Positions 34,355 to 46,900 of a DNA stretch of 64,000 nt are shown piece after piece; position 1 is the stretch's first letter, and each line of letters opens with the position of its first letter. The DNA comes from Eledone cirrhosa (Eukaryota). The position numbers were made by a program, and so were the translations under genes. The stretch lies in the NCBI GenBank assembly GCA_964016885.1, contig CAXHJY010001640.1, positions 1 to 64,000 of the forward strand. The letters run 5' to 3'. A model generated the notes under the pieces. The model was given only the letters and a program-made list of their open reading frames with translations. It was not told the origin of the DNA and did no database searches.

Positions 34355-35685
34355 ATCCAATTCGACATCAACAATTACTACTCCTCCATCACTTTACCAC
34401 TTCTCCTTAGAGCTATCAATTTCGCTAAAACACTCACAGTAGTTAAGGATTTCGAAGTTGATGTCATCCTCAATGCCCGTAAGTCGGTGATTAATTTCGA
34501 CGACTCTATTTGGATAAAAAAATCCAATAGTACCCCATTCGACGTGAGTATGGGCGTCAGCGATTCTGCGGAGGTTACTGATCTTATCGGCCTTTTCCTT
34601 CTTTTCTCTATCAAGGACGAATTCCACAACGCGGGCGGTGGTTTGTACCGTGATTATGGTCTTTTGACCATGACTAAGTGCGGCCCACATGCTTGCGACA
34701 GGTTCAGAAAAGAACTCACAGCTTTCTTTAAAGGATTCAACCTCTCTATACAGGTTGAGGCCAATCTCTCGGTCGTTAATTACCTCGACGTTACCCTCAA
34801 TTTATTGAATCGGTTGTATTACCCGTATAGAAAGCCGAATGATACGCTTAATTACATAAGTAAGCATTCCAACCATCCTGCCAGCTTAACCAAGAACCTG
34901 GTAAGAAACGTTTCGTTGAGGCTTTCCCGTCTATCTACTAAAGAACATATTTTCAACGACCATTCCACTTATTACAATGAAGCTCTTGCTCGGAGTGGAT
35001 TTGTCGATAAGGTAGCATATACAGAGTACGAAAATAGACCTAGAAGAAATAGATCCCGTCGCATTTGTTGGTATAACCTACCATATAATATGGAGGTGGC
35101 CACACCATTAGCTAAGATCTTTCTTTCCCTTATTACGAAGCATTTTCCCCCTACACATAAATATAGTAAAATTTTAATAGAAATACTATTAAAATTTCTT
35201 ACTCTACGACTCCTAACCTTGCACATAACATCACAGCTTCAAATTTAGCTAAACTACCTAGCCGTAGGAACACGTGCAACCCTGTAATTAGTACTAACTG
35301 TAATTGTAGGAATCGGGTTGATTTCCCCCTATCCGGGAAATGCCTCTCTAGTAACATTGTCTACAAATGTAAGGTTGAAACACCCACGTCCCGTAGGGTC
35401 TACATAGGGTTAACCGCCAATAGATTCAAGCAGCGTCTTTACATGCATACCCATTCTTTTCGTTACCCTCTAAGAAGGAATATGACGTCACTTTCAGCTT
35501 ATATCTGGAGTCTAAAAGACAACCACACCCAATATAAGTTACACTGGGAGATACTAGCTAGGGCTAGATCGTATAACGGAAATAAAAGACCATGTGACCT
35601 CTGCGCCGCTGAGGCCCTGGAAATACTCTACGCCACAGACCACATCTTAAACAAAAAATCTGAGGCAATTTCGGCTTGTAAATAA
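34355..35685 (+). mobile_element. 5'-truncated Penelope-like element, RT plus C-terminal GIY-YIG
   Basis: [28 protein letters not shown] (YRDD mutated), NYLDVTL, YRKPN, SNHP; then CNCRNR..PLSGKCLSSNIVYKC...VYIGLTANRFKQR..H...CDLCAAE. Begins directly at a microsatellite. Confidence 0.93.
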
Positions 35686-36288
35686 ATTGCACAAAACTTT
35701 CCTGTATTACAGCCCCACGTTATACCCTAACGGATAGTACGATCTTGATGTGGTAGCTAAGTATATGTTTTGTTTATACCATTACTTATTTGCATAGATA
35801 AGTATATATTACCTGTATGTTTTGTGAAGGTACGTATACCTTCTCGTGCGTATATTTGATTGTATATGTTATGGCGTATAATTTAATATATTCTGGTACA
35901 TACGGTTTGGTTATGGGTATACGGGAGTTTTGCGTCTGTGTGTGTATGCAGGTTCGTACGTATGTAGGGCGTGTGTATATGTGTACTTCATGTTTTGGAT
36001 GACTTACGTCTCCGAACATTTATGTATTTACATGTAGGTATGTGTGTGCGCTTGTTATATACGTATTTATTTATTTATATACGTTTATTTAATTATTTAT
36101 TTATTTGTATACACGCATACACACACACACATATTTATATGTGCGTGGTTTTGTATACCTATGGTAAGTGTTTTCGTGTATGCTTGTGTATGTACGTATC
36201 TGTATGCGTGTATTTACTTCTGTATTGTATTTATTTACTTTGTTCTTAACTCTGAAGCGGAGATTCATTCGGTCTCCTAGTTAGAATT

Positions 36289-36552
36289 TTAGTCTACGAC
36301 TTCTGCTATACCATTTACGTGGTTTTGCGTGAAATTGTTCTCCACGGTCCACATATGGCGTATTATCTTCGTTTTTTTCGTTCATTGCCAGAGAACGTCT
36401 CTATGAACCACCTAAGAGAACATTAGTCTACGACCTCTTTTATACCATAAACGTGGTTCTGTCTTTGCGCGTAATTGTTTTTCACCGCTCCAATTAATGA
36501 CGTATTATATTCGTTTTTTCCCGTTCTTTGCCAGGGAACGTTTCCACGAACC
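36289..36552. repeat. Diverged ~134-bp tandem duplication
   Basis: ttagtctacgac...tatacca...cgtattat...ttgccag.gaacg at 36289 and 36423. Confidence 0.85.
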
Positions 36553-36827
36553 AAAGTATCGTCTTCTTGCCTTGCTCCGGTTGCAACGTTTTTTGAAATA
36601 TCCACTTCTGCGTTTACAGATTGACTTTGTTAGTTTCAGAAGATCCCGTTAAGGGTGAAAGCAGCGATTCTTTGCTTAAACTTTAATCTGTTATTTTAAT
36701 AAATATATATATATGCAGAGGTTATATTTAATTTGTTGGGATTCAACAAGCTTAAAAATGTTATAACTGATATAAAGCACTCAACAGTTTAGTGGAGTAA
36801 ATATTCAATATATTAATAAATGGAAAC

Positions 36828-37080
36828 TATATTTATAAAACCATAATTATTTTATTATATATATTTCAAGAGCAACCAAGGCAAATAAATATTGACATAC
36901 CGGAAAAAAGATAACCTTAACGGTTGAAGTTCCCTGGAACTTCAACCGTTAAGGTTGTCTTTTTTCCGGGTAAGTCAATATTTATTTATAAAACAAATCT
37001 GTATTTTATCTGATGAAAGCGCACCATAATTTGCCTTGGTTGCTCTTGAAATATATATAATAAAATAATTATGGTTTTAG

Positions 37081-37087
<7 letters not shown>
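36828..37087. repeat. Head-to-head palindrome of Penelope pLTR sequence
   Basis: Centre gaagttcc-ct-ggaacttc at ~36933. The arms are homologous to 28095-28250, and the left arm lacks the CTGATGA segment. Confidence 0.88.
37002..37067 (+). ncRNA. Type I minimal hammerhead ribozyme
   Basis: tattttat-CTGATGA(37010)-aagcgcacca...tggttgctctt-GAAA(37048)-tatata-TA-ataaaata. Confidence 0.85.
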
Positions 37088-37177
<90 letters not shown>

Positions 37178-37371
37178 GTACATATATATATATATATTTA
37201 CAATATTATATATATATATATGTACATATATATATATATATATTTACAATATTATATATATATATGTACATATATATATATATTTACAATATTATATATA
37301 TATATATATACAATATTGTATATATGTACATATATATATATATTTACAATATTATATATATACACAATATT

Positions 37372-37548
37372 TTGGCAGTATCGGTAGAGGGTCGGACGTC
37401 ATGCTTTCCAGCATAGTTACGTCCCTTTACGATCTGAGTTCAAATCCCGCCGAGGTTGACTTTGCCTTTCATCCTTACGGGGTCGATAAAATAAAGTGCC
37501 AGTAATGCACTGGGTAATTGCTGGCCTTGTGCCAAAAGTAGAAACAAT
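37372..37548 (+). mobile_element. SINE family 1 copy
   Basis: Near-identical to 6006-6191. Confidence 0.92.
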
Positions 37549-37603
37549 TATATATATATACAATATATATATATATATTTTTTTTTTTTTATTTTATAGA
37601 AGG

Positions 37604-37654
37604 AGCTTCTACAGGACTAGTACTGTTTCATTCAGATGAAATCTTCAGGAAGCT
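37604..37654 (-). ncRNA. Type I hammerhead ribozyme (antisense twin of 39562-39612)
   Basis: Exact reverse complement of 39562-39612. Confidence 0.82.
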
Positions 37655-38141
37655 GGGTGTCATATTAAGTTCTGGTATTTATACATTTAGGTAGTGGTAA
37701 GGGAGGGGTGGTGGATGGGGGGGGTATTTAGATACACAGGACCACTTCATGGCACGGGCCGTTTTTTCTTTGGGAAGTGGTCAATTAGCCAGAGTGCTTT
37801 TTTGAAATAAATAAATAAGTAAATAAATAAATAAATAAATGAATAAATAGATAAATGAATAAATAAATAAAGAAAATAAATAAAAAAATAAATTAAAAAA
37901 ATAAATAAATAAAAACCCCAAGAATAGTAATTCAACAGATATATAGTAGGGAAAATGTTTAGGTGGGTTGGTAATAGAAATTAAACATTTAACAAGACAG
38001 AATCATGGCACAGACTGGGGTGAGTGGTCAAGTTAACATACAAGCCACAGGTGGCCAGAGTGTTTTAGTAGGATGGAAAGAATAAAATATATTTACATAT
38101 TCACAACCACATACAAAAACACTTACACACACATATATATA

Positions 38142-38181
<40 letters not shown>

Positions 38182-38198
38182 CACACCTACACATTCAC

Positions 38199-38278
<80 letters not shown>

Positions 38279-38311
38279 ATATATACATATATACACAAGA
38301 AAGGAATCCCC

Positions 38312-38356
38312 AGTCACTGAAGAGGTCACAGAGTGTGTGACGAAAGAACTATGACT
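38312..38356 (+). ncRNA. Type I minimal hammerhead ribozyme (separate family)
   Basis: agtca-CTGAAGA(38317)-g gtcaca gagtg tgtgac-GAAA(38342)-gaac-TA-tgact. Confidence 0.75.
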
Positions 38357-38745
38357 ATGTATAAACAACTATCTGGTTGTGGAACCAACCAACCAACCAG
38401 AAATTTATAAATTTATTATAATAAATTGAAGTGAAAGCAACTGGTGCGTGCGTTTCTTATTGGCAACATGACCCTCCCAAAGTATAACAATATCGGTTTC
38501 AACACACGATTTCAGATAAAGAATCTTGCTAAACAAATTCAGAAACGAAATATATATATATATGAGATTATATATGTATGTGTGTGTGTATGTGTATATA
38601 TGTATATATATGTGTGAATGTATGTGTATGTGTGTGTGTGTGTATGTATGTGTATGTATGTGTGTGCATATGTATGTATGTGTATGTATAGTATAGTTTA
38701 TACCGAGAGACATACGTACATGTAGGTGTGTATATATATATATGT

Positions 38746-38785
<40 letters not shown>

Positions 38786-38923
38786 ATGCGCACGTGTGTA
38801 TGTGTAGATATATATATATGTGTGTATGTGTATGCATGTGTGTGTGTATATTTGTGTGTTTGTGTTTTTCTTGTGTATATATGTATATATGTGTATGTAT
38901 GTATGTATGTGTGTGTATATGTA

Positions 38924-38959
<36 letters not shown>

Positions 38960-38971
38960 CGCACACACATA

Positions 38972-39011
<40 letters not shown>

Positions 39012-39561
39012 AATGTGTAGGTGTGCACATATATATATATATATATATATAAGTATATATATGTGTGTGTAAGTGTTTTTGTATGTGGTTGTGAATATGT
39101 AAATATATTTTATTCTTTCCATCCTACTAAAACACTCTGGCCACCTGTGGCTTGTATGTTAACTTGACCACTCACCCCGGTCTGTGCCATGATTCGGTCT
39201 TGTTAAATGTTTAATTTCTATTACCAACCCACCTAAACATTTTCCCTACTATATATCTGTTGAATTACTATTCTTGGGGTTTTTATTTATTTTTTTTTTT
39301 TATTTTTTTTTTTATTTACTTTCTTTATTTATTTATTCATTTATCTATTTATTCATTTATTTATTTATTTATTTACTTATTTATTTATTTCAAAAAAGCA
39401 CTCTGGCTAATTGACCACTCCCCAAAGAAAAAACGGCCTGTGCCATGAAGTGGTCCTGTGTATCTAAATACCATCCCACCCCAAAAATCCCCCCCCCCCA
39501 TCCACCACCCCTCCCTTACCACTACCTAAATGTATAAATACCAGAACTTAATATGACACCC

Positions 39562-39612
39562 AGCTTCCTGAAGATTTCATCTGAATGAAACAGTACTAGT
39601 CCTGTAGAAGCT
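39562..39612 (+). ncRNA. Type I hammerhead ribozyme
   Basis: agcttc-CTGAAGA(39568)-tttcatctgaat-GAAA(39587)-cag tactagtc ctg-TA(39605)-gaagct; loop III contains the palindrome actagt. Confidence 0.85.
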
Positions 39613-39941
39613 CCTTCTATAAAACAAAAAAAATTTTACTCTGCCATGTATTGAGTACCTTACTTACTGTGGTTATCCCCGACTCAACCCGGGACCTACG
39701 TATATATATATATATATATATACACAATATTATATGTCACCTTCAAATGGGGAAGTTCAAATGGTAAGCTAGGATCATCAGCAAGTGTAAGAGAGAGTTA
39801 AAACCATATGAACTCACACCTTTAAGCAAATCTAAGGACTGGCCAAAACGCACATGAAATTAAGAAATTATAGCGTGCTTCAGTTTTGCCTACGTGAGAG
39901 GAGCAATAGTTATCATAAAACGTTTATTTATCTCTCCACAG

Positions 39942-40104
39942 AATATTACCAGAGAACTCTTGCATTGAAGAAACAGAACCCTCAACTGCGAGTGCTGTTA
40001 GCAGTTGGTGGGTGGAAGATTGGCTCAAAACCCTTCTTGGAAATGATTCAATCCCAATATAACATGATGCAGTGGAGTCAGAACGTTATCAACTATCTCC
40101 GTCG
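39942..40104 (+). CDS. GH18 chitinase, internal exon
   Basis: Acceptor tctctccacag|, donor |gtaaga. Translates as YYQRTLALKKQNPQLRVLLAVGGWKIGSKPFLEMIQSQYNMMQWSQNVINYLR (GH18 K/R-xLLAVGGW motif) and ends in phase 2. Confidence 0.92.
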
Positions 40105-40399
40105 GTAAGATATACCTATTGTTTGTTCTCAAAGTTCTCTACTCTCTTATCATAGTGATCACATTAGAAAGGTAGCAAGTTTTTTGAAAGATGAACAGCG
40201 TATGCATCCAGTTTCAATTTTTGAGTTTAGGCTATTTGCTTTGATTTCTCCTTTCCTTTTCTTTTCCCGCCACTTCTAACCGTTCTATTACTATATTTTT
40301 AATATCTTAAGTATGGTCATTTGGTACCCGGTAGGGTAATTAAACTCATATCATGGTAGAGATGATCTTCTTCTGAGTATCAAGCGTCACTTGGTATCG

Positions 40400-41025
40400 A
40401 TGCCTCCCAAGGGGGCATCAATATGAGAAGTGATAGTTAAAGTTGAGCGGGAGGTTGGTCCACTCCTTCTCGAGCCTTGACTATGGGTAGGTCAACTGTT
40501 TCTTATTTGAAGTTGTTCCAGTGGTTGATCGTGCAATAAAGAAGTGGTCCCTAGGACTTGGTTGGTGTTGCACCTGGAGCTTCCGGTTGTATCCTCAGTT
40601 AGTCTTGCTCAGTGCCACCTTCTAGTCTACTCTACTTTATCGAACTCTTTTAGTATTTTAAAAGCTTGTATGATGTCTGTCCTCTACTTCCTATACTCCA
40701 GCGTCGGGAGTCCCAAAGCCTGAAGACGTTCATTGTAGTGTAGTAAAGAGAGCCCCCTGGAGGAGACTTGCTGCTCTTCGCTGCACATTTTCAATAATGT
40801 CCTTGTCTCTCTTCAACTTGGGTGCCCATATAACAGAGGCATGCTCAAGATGTGGAAGTATCAGGCTTTTCTACAGGAGTGTGAACGACTGTTTGTCCAG
40901 TGCAAAGGTGTGCTTCAGGAGCACCCAGTGATCTATTTGCCTTATTGACTTGTGCTTGTATGGGACTGCTGAATATTAGGTCATGGTCGATGATAACTCC
41001 CAAATCTTTTTCTTCTTTGATCTGA
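40400..41025 (-). mobile_element. Decayed CR1-like LINE 3' fragment
   Basis: KEEKDLGVIIDHDL...VNKANRSLG, followed by frameshifted PHLEHA..W.P...ENVQRRA...LGLPTLEYR. Confidence 0.75.
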
Positions 41026-41859
41026 AGAAGTGTGTAAAAGACATTACATAAGATTTTCAAATAATTTTGTAAATATTCACTAACTTTCTTATTATCAAGC
41101 TGGCGTGTTGAATATAATTAAAACTTTATGATAGAATTATGGTGGAAGGTTTTTAGATAAATATACACTAAAATAAACTGCTTCTTATCGTAGAACCAGA
41201 GCTGTTCCAGGTGGGTTGGTATCAAAAGGGTTAAAGTGTATCATCTCTCGGATCCTACACTGAATACTTTCACCCAATAACAAACTCTCCTACCCATTTA
41301 TAGTATTTCTCTCAAACATTGACTTTAGTTTCATCAATCTAGGAGGGTCTGCCAAGGTTATGGCTACTGTCGCATCCTCTTATCAATAAATCTTACTGAT
41401 AGTATGGAATTCTAATATAGTCAAAATTTTGATTCAATCGACCCCTGGTATTTGACAAGTACATTATTTTATAAGACCAAGTTATATAAACAAAAATTTA
41501 AAAATCTTGGCTGACCTATCAATAATAAAATCTTGCCACTTTCCACGTAAAAATCGTTTATTTCTATTGACTAACCATAACTACATACTCTCAGATTGAA
41601 TTATGAGAAATGTAATACTGTAACGTCCATTCCTTTCCTATATATAAGTAATGGGAAATAAAGTCGACTGAGAATCGAAATTCGATTGCAGTCTAAGTTT
41701 ACCGAGAGCTTACATTTTCTCAACGGTTCTCGCAGCACGAATATGATAAACAATACTGAAAGCCTGTTTATCCACGTAACCGTATCACCGTCCTTCTGAT
41801 ACATGGGTGTAGATATCGATTAGTTTGTTTATTTGTTTGTGTTTTTGTTTGCCTGTCAG

Positions 41860-41948
<89 letters not shown>

Positions 41949-44481
41949 ATGTATGTTTGTCTGTGTATCCTTTGGGTTTATTTTTTCATTAAATAGTTTA
42001 TGTTCATTCATTTGGTATTTCTGCCGTATTCGCTATACTTCTAATGATATACGATGTTAAAGAAACTTGTTTGGGCTGACAGCGCGTCACTGATATGAAA
42101 CCGTTTCCATTCTACTTCCACGCCTCACTAATATGATAGCAAGAAAAATTTCTTTCATATGCCTCATATAGTTTCAAATGTTATTTCTTCATTTATTTTT
42201 ACATTTCCTATTATTGTGGTAGCTTCTTTTGTTTAAAAATAAAGCAAATATTTCCTTCTGTCTTTTCATCCTGTTTCAATCTTTATTATCGTCTGCTGCA
42301 GTCAAAATGTCGGCCAGTAAATTGTATATAGCCTGCTGGAGTTTCAGATGATTTTGTTTGTTTATTATTCTTTGTGTGTGGGTGGACGCGCATGCGCGCT
42401 TTTCTTTTTCAGCTTCTCAGTCTTCTAATATCGTCTATATCATGACTATCAACAAGAACAACACTAAGATCCTCACTACTATTACAACCATCATGCATTG
42501 CTGTTACCACTACATCATCAATATCACTCTGACCAATAGGACCATTTATGTGTACATTGTTTGTGTACATGTGTGTGCCTGGTGTGAGACATTTAATACA
42601 GTAGTACTTGCAAACCTTTCGGGGTTTTTATTAGTATGGTCTGGATAAGTTATGTCCATATCTATTGCAGGCCCTCCAAGACCGGTGGACTGAGATGGCT
42701 AACATTTCGCTTGAATAGTTGCTGGGGAACATGCGCGGGATGGGAATTCTAGAGATTCAACATTCTGGACAGGGAAGTCAGAGCATAGTTATTTATGAGA
42801 AGGATAGGAGGAAGTGGGCACCATATATATGACGAGTGGAAGACTGACAAGTGATTCGGGGGTGTTTGAGTAGAGGTAGAGGAGACCATCGAGCTTTGAG
42901 AAACAAAAGCCATTGTAATAGCGAGAGGGAGTGAGAGAGAGAGGGATTGATATATATATAGAGAGAGAGAGAGAGAAAGAGGGGGGAGCATGTGTGAGAG
43001 CCATAGGTATGTGTATTAGTGAACCACTCCATGCCGATCTGTCGGGGAACCTTTCTTTGGATGCGGTCTTGATGTTCGTGTAGCAGTAGCAAAGTCCCAG
43101 ACACAGGAACAGAACTTCTTTATGGATCTTACCTCAGCTTCGAAGAGAGTTACCAGTTGTTTAGGGAAGAAATATTTTCTGGTCAGGCTTCGTGATGCAG
43201 TTTTAACTGTGATTAGAACGTGCGTTTGCCAAAAATGATTTTCATAAGAGCGACCTTGAGGGTTCTAGTTGCATGTTCAGAGTGTAGTTGATGATCTTTT
43301 CTTGATATATGTAATGATTGTCCCACAAGGTGCTCTATTACTCCACGTTAACTTGGTATGGGATATCGGAGCAGTAGTACTTATCAACAATTACTCTACT
43401 AGTTTGTGGTGATTCCATGAAGATAAGGGTTAGAGAAGCATGTCCTGAGAGAAAAACAAGTTGTGGTGGTCAGTCTTTGGGCAATTTTAGACATACAAAT
43501 TTTCTAACTGCTCTCTTCAGCTGAAAGGAGTTATCAGTCGTTTTTTGTCGTTCTTGCTACCGGATATATCTCTTTCACAGCGAAGATAGTGACTCTGTGA
43601 ATTGTACACTCCCAACCCAATCCCTTGAAAAATCATCATAGCTCAGTTACCTTCTCCCGCAACATAGATCTTGGCTCCCTAAAATGTCTGGTAGTGAAGG
43701 GGTTCGGTGGTGGGAGCAGATATGGATGTTTCTATCTAGAAATCTATATGTCAGCGGCACAACAATGGTTGGCTGTGGGGATCAAGTGGGACCTACTTCA
43801 GGCAGACCCCTGTGCAACCGAAAAAATGTATCTAGGAAAGACACTATTTACTTCAGCAGGAAAAAAATCTAGAAAAGGTGACCTAAAAATCATTCACTCG
43901 GTTAAGCCCCTTGACAGAAAACCACACTTTTCAGGACATTCCACGTAGCGATCGTTAAAACAAAAATAATATATCCCTCAAGGTTATCATGTGGAATATG
44001 CTTGATGTTAGCAACACACCAAACCGACTCCCCGCAGCGCCGAACAAGTCTCATAGCTAGTAGATTGAGGTACTAAAATGTATATATTGCTGTACTCAAG
44101 TTCTCTTAACGAGGATGGAGAGGAATATACCTTCTAGTAGAACTATCACAAGGATAAACATTACCTGTATGCCATTTGTTTTGCTGTAAGGAATATTCTG
44201 CCGTTTAAACTGAGATGCTCGTTAGCATTAATAATTAGCGTCACTGTGTCACTTCGTATTCCCTTTGCAAAGATTAATGATGTCGCAGTATGCCACCTTT
44301 CTGCCATTTCATAGTCAAGATAATGATTGCTTCTATCAGACATTAGATTAGGCACTGATTAAAATATTCTAAAAGTGGGGAAGAATGAAAAGAAACCAAG
44401 AATAAGAGACCACAGACCATGCGGCTTGATAAACTAACAGCGATGTATTTCTCTTGTTACACATAACATTACCATTATTTT

Positions 44482-44667
44482 GGATTGGAAGTATCAGTAG
44501 AGCATCAAACACCATGCTTTGCAGTATAGAGTTATGGCCTTTTATGTTCTGAGTTCAAATCTCGCCGAGCCTAACTTTGCCTTTCATTCTTACGGGGTCA
44601 ATAAAATAAAGCACCAGTAATGCATTGGGGTAATCGCTGGCCTTGTGGCAAAAGTAGAAACAATTAT
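44482..44667 (+). mobile_element. SINE family 1 copy
   Basis: gagttcaaatc B-box and cctttcattcttacggggtcaataaaataaag core. Confidence 0.85.
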
Positions 44668-44901
44668 TAACACAATAGCTCAACAGAAGGACAAACATGA
44701 AACTTTATGAATTCATCCAAAATATAAACACTGGCATCTAAATTCGTTTAAGTATAATTTCAAGTCAGAATATAAAGGAACCTAACTAAATACTGTAAAA
44801 CGTTTACCGTTTCTGTTGAAGCAGTTGTAATTTAAGGGGTCGGTTTCTTCTCAATCTTCACTTTCACCAACTCATTTTTTTCTCCTCCCTTTTCTTTGAA
44901 G

Positions 44902-44995
44902 CTATGGTTTCGATGGATTAGACATGGATTGGGAATTCCCTGGTGTCAGAGGAAGTATACCAAGTGACAAACACTCTTTCACAATCCTACTCAAA
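44902..44995 (+). CDS. GH18 chitinase, catalytic-motif exon
   Basis: Polypyrimidine tract plus aag| acceptor, |gtaagt donor. CG|C joins the previous exon in frame: [32 protein letters not shown] (DxxDxDxE intact). Confidence 0.95.
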
Positions 44996-45309
44996 GTAAG
45001 TAATTATAAAGAAAGCATTTTTTTTTTGGACTCTTGTTATAACTACCACCAGTGGTGACTACCTCCACACCAACTACATCCACCACCACCTGCCTTTGTT
45101 GATTGGTCTGCTTCATCTGGCTACCCTGTGGTTAAAAACAACAACTATACCCCCTCCTCACCATTATAAATACTAAAATACACATCTCTGATACAAACAA
45201 CGCCAATGTCAAGATCAAATCTCACAATGTCATTCTCAGCACCATCACCTCCATTATAGCACCATTCCAACACCACAAACAATTGTAACATTTCCATTTA
45301 ATACCCCTA

Positions 45310-45570
45310 GTGTAATCTGCGAGATGCCATCACCGAGCAATCGCTCGAGATACTTGGCTACTTGCTTCACATGTCCACGGGACCTACTTCGAATAGAATC
45401 CAGATGAGTGACGTAGGGAGCAAGGCAGACATATCAAGAGCTGGTTGAGATCTGTGAAGACCTGATAGACATTGGCCTAACTTGTAAGCAGGCTCGTGAT
45501 AGGGTTTGCGATAGTGCGAAACGAAGATCTCGTCGCTCAATGCCCCACAAGGAGCAAAAAGAACTAAAGA
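45310..45570 (+). mobile_element. Highly decayed RTE-like 3' fragment
   Basis: Remnants RRREQGR, IGLT, ARDR, LVAQCPTRS across frames. Confidence 0.4.
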
Positions 45571-45689
45571 TGAATATCACCACCAACACTTTTGTTATAA
45601 ACAACATTAGCACCAACTTCATCAAAATACAACTAACTCATTCGGCTCGCATTACTAGCATTAATACACAGTGAGGTATCTTCTAGGTA

Positions 45690-46900
45690 GTCACTTTAAT
45701 TGCTAGGAACAACAGTTAAATGCTCGTCAGTTACACTTTAATTATCTTAATAGTGAGAGATGGGTGGGAGTGAGAGAGACGGGGGAAATGAGTTAGTACT
45801 TAGATGGATGACCGCTTGAGAAACCTAGGTGCTGTAAGCATCTCCTACTAAATTTTCTTTCTTTTTTTTTCTTTTGTTACATTCCGGTGTGGGTTTTAAA
45901 GTCTTCAAGGAAGCTTGATCTCCTGCATTATCTTAAAAACAATAACAAAAACAAAAAACAGGACGCAGTGAGTAATGCAGTTCTACAAAAACACGATGGT
46001 CAAGGCTAGAGTGTATTTTTATAAAAGATCTGCTCGGACGAAGCAGCAACAGGGAGCTTCTATGTGGTTTCACCATTTGCTAGAAATATTAGCAAAATTC
46101 TAACTCAAATCACACATAGTCAGCTGTGTTCCGGGTTCGATCCCTATGCGTGGCATCTTGGGCTAGTGTCATTTACCATAGCCTCAGGTCAACCCATGCC
46201 TTTTGAGTGGAACCGAGTAGATGGAAATTGTTTGGAAGCTTGTGGGATGGACTGTATCTGTAATTCAAAAGCCTTGTTACACACTGTGTCACGCGAAATC
46301 TCCCTGAGAATTACATTAAGGATACACGTGTCTGTTGAATGTTCTGCCAATCATATTTTAATTTTCCGAGCAGGCTGTTCCGTTGATTGAACAACTGGGA
46401 TATCGAATAGAAAGACACACTGGGTGATATATTTATAGAGACGTTAGGTCTGAAAAACTGATGAAATGCTTGCAGCTGGATTACTTTTGATCAAAGGATT
46501 ATTCAGTCGGGGCTAAACAACAACTGTATGCAGTCGCTTTAACTGTTAGAATTAGTAGATAAACCTCTCTCAAACCATAACCTCCTGTCTTAAGAAAGCA
46601 AGTAGGACCCATTGGTTAATGATGTTCTATAAAGCCTTAGATAGAATGAACATGACAGGAATGTCTTTGATCATTGGTCGGCTCAGTCAACGTTGATCTG
46701 AGACTAAACAACAACACCATCTACGGAGTCACTTGACCTGCTAAAGATAGAAGCCAAATTTCGCTTAAATCACACCTCAAGGTCATAAAACTCAGACACA
46801 TTGGTAATCTATACAAAGTGTAGTCTATATTAAGAAGGCATAGTGATTACTGTGAAAAGTCAGCACGTTCAAGATAAGCAACAATAACAGCAACAACGCT
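45690..46900 (+). repeat. Cluster of diverged ~200-bp dispersed repeats, interrupted by a family 2 SINE at 46125-46400
   Basis: Recurring tcact...ctgctagaaat.gcagccaaat...tttgatca...ctaaacaacaac; related tandem pair at 26255-26650. Confidence 0.55.

Larger units (their letters stand above)
37592..39624. repeat. Long inverted repeat (arms 37592-38302 and 38867-39624) of pLTR-like sequence
   Basis: The arms are reverse complements with only a few substitutions outside microsatellites. The same junk ORFs are reported on opposite strands (37747 -/39260 +; 38073 +/38568 -). Confidence 0.93.

Noticed and set aside
39854-40108. 84-aa ORF as a standalone gene
   Set aside because: The 5' part is intron read-through; only 39942-40104 is exonic by splice signals and homology.
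42650-43950. Possible old LINE fragments within the chitinase intron
   Set aside because: No diagnostic motif could be recovered by eye; needs RepeatMasker/TBLASTX.
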